A DNA stretch of 63,934 nt, counting the filler, from Octopus bimaculoides (lineage: Eukaryota): NCBI RefSeq assembly GCF_001194135.2. It is 6 parts of 6 records of this genome, joined end to end, with 100 filler letters (N's around TTAATTAATTAA, not from the genome) between each part and the next. Parts side by side here need not be neighbours in the genome. Positions count along the whole stretch, not along the records: positions 24,689 to 50,290 come from NC_069010.1; 5 more parts are not named here. One strand, written 5' to 3'. This document shows positions 26,936 through 37,549 of the stretch, in pieces (the first letter of the stretch is position 1; each line of letters opens with the position of its first letter). The position numbers and the translations under genes were made by a program. The notes below the pieces were generated by a model. The model was not told where the DNA came from and made no database searches. It saw nothing but the letters and a program-made list of their open reading frames with translations.

Positions 26936-28288
26936 ATGGAAAGTGAATTGTGTGATGGTAATGTTGAATGTGGATCAGAATTTAAAAGGACTGGTTTTAG
27001 TGATGAAATGCCTGTTGCCATATGTAATGCATCTTACCAATGTGATATCTGTAAAAAGTCATATTCTCAGAAAGATATCCTTGCTACTCACAGATGTATT
27101 CACACAGGAGAGAAGCCATATCATTGTGATATCTGTGGTAAATCTTTCTCTCAGAAAATTAACTTAGCTACGCACAAGCGTATTCATTCTGGAGAGAAAC
27201 CTTATGACTGTCACATCTGTGGTCAATCATTCTCTCAAAAACGTGCACTTACGACACACAAACACACTCATACAGGAGTAAAACTATATCACTGTGATAT
27301 ATGTGGAAAATCATTCACTCGAAATAACTCCTTAACTGTACACAAACTCATTCATACAGGGGAAAAACCACATTATTGCGATATCTGTGGAAAATCATTC
27401 TCTGAAACTGGCCCCTTGACTAAACACAAACGCACTCATACAGGAGAGAAGCCATATCACTGTGATATCTGTAGTAAATCATTTTCTGTTAATAGTCACT
27501 TAAATAGACATAAACGCATCCATACAGGAGAGAAGCCATATAGTTGTGATATCTGTGGTAAATCATTCTCCGAAACCGATCCCTTAACTAAGCATATGCG
27601 TACTCATTCAGGCGAAAAACCACATCACTGTGATATCTGTGGTAAATCTTTCTCCCGAAGCGATTCCTTAACCACTCATAAATACAGCCATACTGGAGAG
27701 AAACCATATCAGTGTGATATCTGTGGCAAATCATTCACTGAAACTTCTCGCTTAACTAAACATGTGCGCACTCATACAGGAGAGAAGCCATATCATTGCG
27801 ACATCTGTGATGAGTCGTTCTCGAGGAATGATTCTTTAACAGCACACAAACACATCCATACAGGAGAGAAGCCATATCATTGTAATATTTGTGCTAAATC
27901 ATTCTCTCGAAGCAATTCCTTGATTAAACACAAGCACACTCACACAGGAGAGAAACAATATCAGTGCGACATCTGTGGTAAATTATTCTCTGTAAGCGGC
28001 AACTTAACTACACACAAACGTATTCATACTGGAGAGAAACCATATCACTGTGACATCTGTGGTAAATCGTTCTCCGACGGAGGTACCTTACCCAGACACA
28101 AACGTATTCATACAGGGGAGAAACCATATCACTGTGATGTCTGTGGAAAATCATTCTCTGATGGAGGTACGTTATCTAGACACAAACGTATTCATACAGG
28201 AGAGAAGCCATATCAGTGTGATATCTGTGGTAAATCATTCTCTCAAAAAGCACAATTAGCTACACATGTATCAAATCATACAGAATAG
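26936..28288 (+). CDS. C2H2 zinc-finger protein, 450 aa, 15 tandem fingers, no recognisable effector domain
   Basis: Uninterrupted ORF with 15 C-x2-C-x12-H-x3-H fingers and TGEKP-type linkers. Candidate splice acceptor ctgtttctctgttatttcag ends at 26480 and AATAAA lies at 28336-28341. Confidence 0.95.
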   Translation: MESELCDGNVECGSEFKRTGFSDEMPVAICNASYQCDICKKSYSQKDILATHRCIHTGEKPYHCDICGKSFSQKINLATHKRIHSGEKPYDCHICGQSFSQKRALTTHKHTHTGVKLYHCDICGKSFTRNNSLTVHKLIHTGEKPHYCDICGKSFSETGPLTKHKRTHTGEKPYHCDICSKSFSVNSHLNRHKRIHTGEKPYSCDICGKSFSETDPLTKHMRTHSGEKPHHCDICGKSFSRSDSLTTHKYSHTGEKPYQCDICGKSFTETSRLTKHVRTHTGEKPYHCDICDESFSRNDSLTAHKHIHTGEKPYHCNICAKSFSRSNSLIKHKHTHTGEKQYQCDICGKLFSVSGNLTTHKRIHTGEKPYHCDICGKSFSDGGTLPRHKRIHTGEKPYHCDVCGKSFSDGGTLSRHKRIHTGEKPYQCDICGKSFSQKAQLATHVSNHTE

Positions 28289-28796
28289 TGACAATATCAA
28301 TATCAGAAGTCATTGGATGAAACGCTTTATGTAACAATAAATATATTCACATAGAGAAAAAAAAAGCATCTAGTTCACATTGTGAAGTGGTTGGCATTTG
28401 GAAGGGCATCCAGCTGTAAAAATCTTGCTAAAACTAACCTCACCTGTGCTAGTGCTATGTAAAAAGCACTGAGTCCATTCTGCCTAGTTTTTGGTGTTAC
28501 GAAGAGCATCCAGCCATAAAAACACCGCCAAAACACACCGTAGCCTGGGGTAGTCCTCTACCTGGCTGGCTCCTGTCAACCGTCCTACCCATGCCCACAT
28601 GGAAGATGGATGTTGACCAATGATGATGATAAGAAATGAGATACAGTGCTTGAGTGATACCAGAGTCCGGTTTTATCTATAAATTTGTGTAACATGATTC
28701 TTGTCTCTGAGTAGCAATTGTTATTTCGTATTTACTTATTCCTAGAAAGTATGAAAAATGGCTAATATTTCAAGTTTCCATATTCAATATTGTATA

Positions 28797-29032
28797 TTAA
28801 CTAAACATGTGCGCACTCATACAGGAGAGAAGCCATATCATTGCGACATCTGTGATGAGTCGTTCTCGAGGAATGATTCTTTAACAGCACACAAACACAT
28901 CCATACAGGAGAGAAGCCATATCAGTGGAATATTTGTGCTAAACCATTCTCTCGAAGCAATTCCTTGATTAAACACAAACACACTCACACAGGAGAGAAA
29001 CAATATCAGTGTGACATCTGTGGTAAATTATT
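28797..29032 (+). pseudogene. Partial duplicate of ZNF fingers 9-12
   Basis: Matches 27752-27987 with 5 substitutions in 236 bp, including a zinc-ligand Cys->Trp (TGT->TGG) and a Ser->Pro. Confidence 0.9.
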
Positions 29033-30422
29033 GATACGGACCGCGAAAAAACTAAATAATGTTATGTCCCTATTCTCCGAGCTGGGTTTGAAACCGTATT
29101 CTGGTTGTTGAGGATAATGGTATTTCCTTTGTCTTGTCAACAAGCACGGCTATTCATAGCGTAGGAGTGTGTTTGCTGACCCTTTTCGGTCACCGTAAGT
29201 TTAGAAAAACAAGTTAGGAACTGTATTAAACTGACCCAGCTTTGGAGGGGGAATGTAGCACTGTGAGCTACGGTATTTATCATAAATACGAGAGCAGAGA
29301 TTTGGGAATCGTAGTTGGCGTACAGCAGTTGGCGTAAGCGGTCAGCCAGTGAAGATGGTATACAGCAGTTGATGTAAAGGCCAGCAACCAGTAGAGGAGC
29401 CATATGGAATCGCAGCCGATGTGACAGCCAGCAGTGAGTGAAGAGAAGCAAGATGAACAGAGAGGCTATGGTCAGAAGGTACCAGTCAGCAGAAATGGAT
29501 AGAGTCTGAGAGAGAGAGAGGGACAGAGAGATGGAACTGTTGTGGCAGGCAAAAAGATTGTAGTAGACTACGTTGGGTCACTTCTTGTGGATTGTAGTGG
29601 GAGATTTGAATTGGTTACGGTAAATGTTTGTTTAAATATTCTTTAAAGAAAAATGTACTTTGTTGTTACATGTTTTAAAAGACAAAGAGATTTTGTTAAC
29701 TGTGATGTTAACTGGCAGAAAAGAAAAAAGAACTTTGTTGTTACATGTTGTTCAAAGAAAAGAAAAAACAAAGAAGTAAAAGAACTTTTTAATTGACTCT
29801 CGATGNNNNNNNNNNNNNNNNNNNNNNNNNNNNNNNNNNNNNNNNNNNNNNNNNNNNNNNNNNNNNNNNNNNNNNNNNNNNNNNNNNNNNNNNNNNNNNN
29901 NNNNNNNNNNNNNNNNNNNNNNNNNNACTGGCAGAAAAGAAAAAAGAACTTTGTTGTTACATGTTGTTCAAAGAAAAAGAGATTTTGTTAACTGTGATGT
30001 TAACTGGCAGAAAAGAAAAAAGAACTTTGTTGTTACATGTTGTTCAAAGAAAAGAAAAAACAAAGAAGTAAAAGAACTTTTTAATTGACTCTCGATGCAC
30101 AAACTTTGATTGTAAACTTTGATTATGTAATGATTGAAAACCTTTGTATTGTTAAATGCTTGGAAACGCTATTGTTACATATTATTTCAGAAGCAAGTAC
30201 TATGTTATGAATTATTGTTAGGCTCTGTAATGTAAAGAAAAAAAAGTTAGTTTCACTGCGCAACGTATGGTTTGTGTTATTTCTTCTTCTTTGCCTGTTG
30301 GCATCGTTACGTGCTCCGGCTGGGCTTAGTCGTGGCGAACATCCTGACTCACTGAGCGTCGACGTTCGCGCGTGCGAGTTTACTCTTCGTTGAGGTGTTC
30401 CACGTGCGGGCGTTTTGTAACA
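29032..30422. mobile_element. Possible solo LTR
   Basis: TGATAC...GTAACA termini (imperfect inverted TG..CA), CpG-rich end, internal ~70-bp subrepeats. Flanks ttat/atat match only 3/4 and there is an internal gap. Confidence 0.4.
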
Positions 30423-30799
30423 ATATATATTATTCAAAAGAGTTCCAACTCTGTTTTTTATGTTTTATTTATATTCTTATAAAATTAATGTGGGATATAG
30501 AATATGGAATATATGATATAAATAGTAAAATGAAATGAAGTATTGAATGTCTTACTGAATATATGAAATATTGAGTATTAAATATATAAGGACTAGTATA
30601 CTTTCCTGCTTTCTAGCAGTCATCAACAGTCTTACAGATGTGTTTTAACTGTATATATATGTGTGTGTGTGTTATAATTTAGAACAAACAGTAAGAAGTT
30701 GTCATAGTATTCAGAGTTTCGAATGTCAGAGCGAAGAGCTACGATGCATTCTTGAGTACTATAATGACAACTTTTTCCTGTTTGTTCTAAATTATAACA

Positions 30800-31100
30800 T
30801 CATCATCATCATCGTTTAACGTCCTCTTTCCATGCTAGCATGGGTTGGACGATTTGACTGAGGACTGGTGAAACCGGATGGCAACACCAGCCTCCAATCT
30901 GATTTAGCAGAGTTTCTACAGCTGGATGCCTTTCCTAACGCCAACCACTCAGAGAGTGTAGTGGGTGCTTTTACATGTCACCCGCACGAGGGCCAGTCAG
31001 GCGGTACTGGCAACGGCCACGCTCAGAATGGTGTATTTTATGTGCCACCCGCACAAGAGCCAGTCCAGGGGGCACTGGCAACGATCTCGTTCGAAAATCC
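30800..31100 (-). mobile_element. SINE family C copy
   Basis: Highly similar to 25800-26130, same orientation. Confidence 0.8.
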
Positions 31101-31447
31101 TTACACAATAATAATAATAATAATAATGGTAACTTACTCTTCTTCAGCGACTTGAGAGGATGAGGACGTGAGTGTTTGATTTCTTCTTTAGCAAGTTGTA
31201 GTGCTGACGTCAGCAACTGTAGACAGCGTACGTAGAGTAAGAGTTGGTTTAAACGCTTTCCTCTATTTATCTAATATCACAGTCTGGTTCTTTTGTTGTT
31301 ACTTTTTAATATATATATATATATATATGTGAAACAGGGACAACTGACGAAGGGGTATACTCTTTATGTTGCAGGTCTCATTTCTCTGGGGGTTTTTTTC
31401 ATTGTTCGAAAAAGGTTTGTATTCTGTTTTCATTTCTCATTGTATAC

Positions 31448-31712
31448 ATTATTTACATTATTTACATTTGACGGATATTCGTCCTCATCTTGTTTGTTGT
31501 TAACACAACGTTTCGGCTGATATACCCTCCAAGCCTTCGTCAGGTGTCTTGGGGGAAATTTCGAACCTGGGTTCTCATTCCTAATGATGTTACTATTATT
31601 ATGTTATTATTATTATTATTATTATTGTTATTATTATTAATCAGGTCGCTACCGTGAATCGAACTCGGAATCTTGGGGTTAGTAGCCCGCGCTCTTAACC
31701 ACTAACACCATA
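31448..31712 (-). mobile_element. tRNA-derived SINE-like element with a hammerhead-ribozyme motif and Penelope-like 3' end
   Basis: A box at 31710-31699, B box GAGTTCGATTCA at 31666-31655, an (AAT)n linker, then CTGACGA-stem II-GAAAC and a (TGTAAATAA)-repeat tail. Confidence 0.75.
31502..31548 (-). ncRNA. Second, inverted hammerhead ribozyme motif
   Basis: Reverse complement of 31771-31816 with one extra T; catalytic core intact. Confidence 0.65.
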
Positions 31713-31770
31713 TACTATAATAATAGTAACATCGTTAGGAATGAGAACCCAGGTTCGAAATTTCCCCCAA

Positions 31771-31816
31771 GACACCTGACGAAGGCTGGAGGGTATATCA
31801 GCCGAAACGTTGTGTT
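31771..31816 (+). ncRNA. Minimal type I hammerhead ribozyme motif
   Basis: gacac-CTGACGA-a-GGCTG-gagggtatat-CAGCC-GAAAC-GTT-gtgtt: perfect 5-bp stem II, stem I gacac/gtgtt, palindromic ACGT in place of stem III. Confidence 0.7.
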
Positions 31817-33353
31817 AACAACAAACAAGATGAGGAGAAATATCCGTCAAATGTAAATAATGTAAATAATTCCTCATCTCTTAAATATAGAACTGTATTT
31901 CTCATTGTGTTTAAAATTTTTTTTGATGTCCTGTACCCATATATGCATGTACGTATACATATAGATGTAGTTATGTACATATATGTATGGATATATGCAT
32001 ATATTTATATATTATTTATATTATTATAATATATGTATATATATATACATATACTCTTTTACCTGTTTCAGTCATTTGACTGCGGCCATGCTGGAGCACC
32101 GTCTTTTAGTCGAGCAAATCGACCCCAGGACTTATTTTTTGGAAGCCTAGTACTTATTCTATCCGTCTCTTTTGCCGAACCGCTAAGTTACGGGGATGTA
32201 AACACACCACCATCGGTTGTCAAGCGATGTTGGGGGGACAAACACAGACACACAAACACACACATATCATATATATACATATATATACGACAGGCTTCTT
32301 TTCAGTTTCCGTCTACCAAATTCACTCACAAGGCTTTGGTCGGCCCGAGGCTATAGTAGAAGACACTTGCCCAAGGTGGCCACGCAGTGGGACTGAACCC
32401 AGAACCATGTGGTTGGTAAGCAAGCTACTTACCACACAGCCACTCCTGCGCCTATATATATATATATATATATATTTTTATTTATTTGCTAATCCCAGAA
32501 GACTGATGGAAGAAAGTGAATAAATTATCTGTAAACCAAGCATGTGTTCTTAATGTAAATTTAGCAGAGTTCCGATTGTTGCAAGCACTAAGGTAAAATT
32601 AACCAAGATAGACATAGTAAATGTAAAAACAACAACAAAATATTTCTTCTACATCTCTTTCTCTCTCTCTTTTATTTTTATTTTTTTATTCATTTCAAAT
32701 CATTTAATCTGTCACATAGCATGTTACAATAGACAAAGATGGCCGTCGACCTGCAATATCTTCTCGTCCACACTCAGGCACTGATGTGGCAGAGATGAAT
32801 TTCAATGGTGTAGTTGCAATGATGATGGTGGTGATGATAGTTATAGTGATGGTATGGTATTGGTGGTAGTGATGTTGTATGTGGTGGTGGTGTATGGTGA
32901 TGGTTGCAATGAATGTAGTGGTGGTGGTGGTGGTGGTGGTGGTGGTGTGGAAATGACTTGTGAGAGCTCGTAGTAGATGGCAGCTGTGGTGGGATGAGGG
33001 AGGAGAACAGAGATATTGTTGACAGGGAGGTGTTAGAAATAGGTCTGAAGACCAAGTCTTCAGCAGTGAATGAATCGAAGGCTAATTAACTAACATTAAT
33101 AAATAAATAGTAATAAATCAATAAATAAGAATTATATAAAAATAATAATTTTGGCACAGGGCCAGTAGTTTTATGGGAGGGGGATAAGCTGATTATACCA
33201 ACCCCCAGTTCTTGACTGGTACTTAATTTATCAACCCCCAAAAGATGAAAGGTAAAACCGACCTCGATGGAATTTGAACCCAGAACTCAAAGATGGACGA
33301 AATGTCACTAAGCATTTTGCCTGGTGTGCTAACGTTTCTGCCTGTTCACCACC

Positions 33354-33388
<35 letters not shown>

Positions 33389-33400
33389 CCCCTCTAATAT

Positions 33401-34128
33401 AGGGCTTTCCTATAAGGTGTTATCCACCCCTGATTGGAACTCTCCCGTATGACATGTACGCATGCTCAGTGACTTGCTTTAACAGTTGCAATCAGCTGAA
33501 TGCACATTGCCAGTGACCTTTGACACAATTACCCACACTCTGTGGTCAGGATTCTAATTTGGTTTGATGTCGGTATCGAAGGGATTACCAGACACCGGAC
33601 AATACAGTGAGGGCAGCTTTCACTCACATCATGGTATTCGATGCTGTGTACGTGTCTGTCGTGGTAAAATATGCCACTCCTTAACTGTTGCTTTGCTTTC
33701 ATCCGTAGCACGAGGTAATTATGTCATTATCTGTGAAATTCGGCAACTTACAAAGATCTTTAGATCAGGCAATACTTCACCGAGAGGAGATATAAGCTTC
33801 TGCTTATTCCTGTCTGAAGTATCGTCCGATACTTCAGACTTATCGTCCGATGAATTTACTTTGTTGACATTCTTCATCGACAGAATTTTTATTCCTTTCA
33901 ACCTTTCAGTCAAGTCCGCCTTTCTTCCAGTAACATACTGTCCATATAATCTTAAATATTTCTTTAACTCAGGCACAGTAAGTACTTCGATAGCTGAATC
34001 ATCAAGCTGCTTTACATCCATGATAAGACGTAAAACAATAACAATGGCGTGGGTAGCCTCCGGAAGTTTAATTATCTACATGGAGCGCCACCTAGCCAAG
34101 GGAGATATCCTACTTATAGGAAAGCCCT
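33401..34128 (-). mobile_element. Internally deleted ISL2EU-like (PHIS group) DNA transposon, 728 bp
   Basis: Perfect 16-bp TIRs AGGGCTTTCCTATAAG (33401-33416 and 34113-34128) with an AT duplication on both sides. Frameshifted coding remnant: SAP motif LTVPELKKYLRLYGQYVTGRKADLTERL and HRVWVIVSKVTGNVHSADCNC leading into a SWIM-like finger. Confidence 0.75.
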
Positions 34129-34379
34129 ATAGGCACAAAGCCTGGAATTTGTGGAGAGGTGGGTAGTCGATCACATTGATCCCAGTTCTTGACTGGTACC
34201 TAATTTATTGACCCCAAAGGATGAAAGGCAAAGTTAACTTTGGAGGAATTTGAACTCGGAACGTAAAGATGGAAGAAATGCCAATTAGCATTCACCTGGC
34301 GTGCTAATGATTCCGCCATCTTGCCACCTTAATAGTAGTAGTAGTAGTAGTGGTAGTAGTAGTAGTAGTAGTAGTAGTA

Positions 34380-34415
<36 letters not shown>

Positions 34416-34418
34416 GTA

Positions 34419-34462
<44 letters not shown>

Positions 34463-34969
34463 CCTTTGGCCTGAAATTTTGGGGGAAGGGTATAGTTGAT
34501 TACACCAACCCCCAATGTTTCATTAGTACTTAATTTATTGACCCTGAAAAGATGAAAGACCAAGTTGACCTTGGTGGTATTGGAACTCGGAACATAGCAA
34601 CAGATTTTGTCTGCCGTACTGACGATTCTGCTAGTTCACCGCCTTATTGATGATGATAACAACTTATAATAATTCATAATAAATAAGGAATGTTTTGTAA
34701 AAAATAAAGGACAAACAATCATTGTAAGAGGAAGATGGTGTGAGGTAGAAAATGTCACCTTTCTTAACTAATTAAATAATGGTCTTTTAGCATCAAAGAC
34801 CAACTTCTCATTGTTATTTTTTCCTCCATTTTCTTATCATCTATATATACATTAAACTACGGTTTACCTTTTAAATTACCTGCTGCCATATACCTTATAA
34901 CAAGGACCATACTTACTGAGGTAATTACTAGGAGTGCCTCTGAATATATCTATCCCTTAGAGGGTTTAA

Positions 34970-35191
34970 CCCTTTTGTTACTATATTTCTATTGAGATGC
35001 TCTGTGTTTCTTTCAATTCATTTTCAATATAACAAAGAATTTAGTAAAATAACTTCATTATCATTAAGTTAGTGTTAGGAACATAAATTGTGACTAAGGT
35101 TTAGTGGAAGATTTTAATTCAAATCTTATGAAAACAGGATATTTGTACTGCAGAGCCAGAGGTGGTTTCAACCAGGTTGGTTTCAAAAGGG
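34970..35191. mobile_element. piggyBac-type MITE, copy 1
   Basis: TTAA|CCCTTTTG ... CAAAAGGG|TTAA, 222 bp. Confidence 0.85.
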
Positions 35192-35222
35192 TTAAGAACT
35201 GTTTCTCTATTATATATTTTAA

Positions 35223-35443
35223 CCCTTTTGTTACTATATTTCTGTTGAGATGCTCTGTGTTTCTTTCAATTAATTTTAAATATAACAAAGAATTTAGTAA
35301 AATAACTTAGTTATCATTAAGCTAGTGTTAGGAACATAAATTGTGACTAAGGTTTGGTGGAAAATTTTAATTCAAAACTTTTGAAAACAAGACATTTGTA
35401 CTCAGAGGCAGAGCCGGTTTCAGGCGGGTTGGTATCAAAAGGG
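35223..35443. mobile_element. piggyBac-type MITE, copy 2
   Basis: TTAA|CCCTTTTG ... CAAAAGGG|TTAA, 221 bp, same family as 34970-35191. Confidence 0.85.
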
Positions 35444-35514
35444 TTAAACACCTCTAACTTATATACACACACATTGGATATCACTGCAGATGGCAACATG
35501 TGGCCATGCAGTGT

Positions 35515-36765
35515 TTAGTCAACAAGAGATGTATTTTTAATTTTACTAGGATTTACATCTCTAGTCAACCCATTTTGCACATTTGCACCAAATTTGAAAT
35601 TCTTCCCTGCCTTGTTCCTCCTTGACTTTAAAATCCGCAGAAGTGCCTGGCTGCGCTCTTTTTGCATGAGAGTAATGACAACATTCTCCTTTGGCGCCTC
35701 TTCTTCGTCACCCTCCTCGCTGTCAACATCCCGACTGTCGTGAAACTCATCCCCGTTCCATTTAGACGTGACCTTTTCTTGGCTGTCATCGATGTTCATG
35801 TCTTGGGTGGACGACTTCCTTTTGAAGGCTTTCGTTTTGTGTTTATTTGAATTCTTTGACACGTTAAAACCCGGTACTTGCACGACAGCACCTGCACTTG
35901 TTGCATTCCGTTTGTGCAGTAAATTTGTCAGGAAGAGTGCTGAATGTTTGAAAGAATATGGCGAAGGAATCTTTAAGCAGTTTTGCTTTTTACCTGAGAG
36001 TTGCTGCTCCTTTTTTCTTTCATGTTCACTTCTTATCAAATGTGATTGGTTCATTTTATTTGATACAGTTTCTCCCATTGTTGTCATCGCTTTCATTGTA
36101 GTGGTCGTTGGTGTTGTAGTCAACAAACTTTGGTCAGGTTCCAGAAAGTCACGGCACTTTACTGGGTGGTATGGAACTAAAGGCTCGGAAGATTTGAATT
36201 TATTAATGAATTGTGAAGTACCCCAGAATGAAAACTGGTTTGGTGCTGTTGAAACGATCACAAACGCTTCCATATTGTCTTTGGAAAGTTTAACAGCATC
36301 TTTCACAAAAGAAAGAATTTCGTTCGTTTTTTTCTCTGAATGACCTTCGTTTGACAATTCTGTCTGTTCAACTTTTGGAATTACAGTGACAGGAAATTGT
36401 TTATTACTAAGGAATTTGCCAGTAGAGAGAAGAGATTCTTTGGTAGATCCATTGTCAGGCATAAAATTTAAGTTTCTATGGTTCTGTGTGAGATCCAAAG
36501 CCTGGTCCTCAACTTGGTGGAGTTGGTTCAGATTAGGGACTGCAATAATTGATGCAGTACCATATAAGGATGGAAAAGCATGATTATTATAATTATTGTT
36601 GTTGCTGTTGTTGTTAGTGGGATAAGTCCAGCCAATGCAGTTCGAGGATTTTTTATCAACGTAACTTTTGTCTCTGTCAGCAAACCCACCAATGTGGTCG
36701 ATGGTTTTAGAAGATGCAATGGTGTCGCACTGGGATGGCCTGTCGTTCTTTCTCGTTGTGTTCGT
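35515..36765 (-). CDS. Terminal coding exon of an uncharacterised, probably nuclear protein (416 aa in this exon)
   Basis: The frame stays open from a strong acceptor (ttttttcttttctttcaattacag, AG at 36767-36766) to the stop at 35515, extending the 327-aa ORF. It contains ALDLT (PxDLS-like), an acidic patch and basic patches. Confidence 0.8.
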   Translation of the reverse strand, partial: TNTTRKNDRPSQCDTIASSKTIDHIGGFADRDKSYVDKKSSNCIGWTYPTNNNSNNNNYNNHAFPSLYGTASIIAVPNLNQLHQVEDQALDLTQNHRNLNFMPDNGSTKESLLSTGKFLSNKQFPVTVIPKVEQTELSNEGHSEKKTNEILSFVKDAVKLSKDNMEAFVIVSTAPNQFSFWGTSQFINKFKSSEPLVPYHPVKCRDFLEPDQSLLTTTPTTTTMKAMTTMGETVSNKMNQSHLIRSEHERKKEQQLSGKKQNCLKIPSPYSFKHSALFLTNLLHKRNATSAGAVVQVPGFNVSKNSNKHKTKAFKRKSSTQDMNIDDSQEKVTSKWNGDEFHDSRDVDSEEGDEEEAPKENVVITLMQKERSQALLRILKSRRNKAGKNFKFGANVQNGLTRDVNPSKIKNTSLVD

Positions 36766-37282
36766 CTGTAATTGAAAGAAAAGAAAAAAGCAATTTTATT
36801 GATATATTTGGACTGTCTACATCTTGGTTGTTAGGGTAACAATATTGGGTTAAAGGAATAACATTGATTAAGTGTTAAGACTAATAGGCAGAATCATTAG
36901 GAAGGGCATCCAGCTGTAGAAATTATGCCAAAGGCGAAGAGTCCGGTGCAGCCCCTCAGCTTACCAGCTCTGGTCAAATCATTCAACCCATGCCAGCATG
37001 GACAATGGAAATTGAATGATTATGATGATGATGAGGAGGATTAGGGTGTTTGATAAAATTCCATGTGGTATTAGTTCGAACTTTCAAGCATCCTGGGTTC
37101 AAATCTTGTCATGGTCAGCTTTACCTTTCCAAGTTGTAAATTATTACACCACAGTGACTTAGCAGTTTCAGCAAAGGAGACTGAAACAGTAAACACCAGG
37201 CTCATAACACAGGTGTGGCAAGAAGCTTGCTTCTCAACCTCATGATTGCAGGTTCAGTCCCACTGCGTGGGACTTTGGGCAC

Positions 37283-37335
<53 letters not shown>

Positions 37336-37510
37336 ATATATATTTATGATATTTACTTTGTATTATATTATACTCATTTATTGTGCTTTTAATTATTAAT
37401 TATTCTATATGTGATAGTGGATTTTCATCGATGAGTTCATGAACCTTGGTTCTTTTCCCTAAAACTATATATATACATATACATATATATAGAGAGAGAG
37501 AGATAGATAT

Positions 37511-37549
<39 letters not shown>

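Noticed and set aside
31648-31712. tRNA gene (and other tRNA-like heads)
   Set aside because: No acceptor stem, odd ACT anticodon, and it runs into repeat body: a SINE head.
33564-34166. 200-aa plus-strand ORF; also 35768-36343
   Set aside because: Antisense shadows of the SAP/SWIM remnant and of the orphan gene exon.
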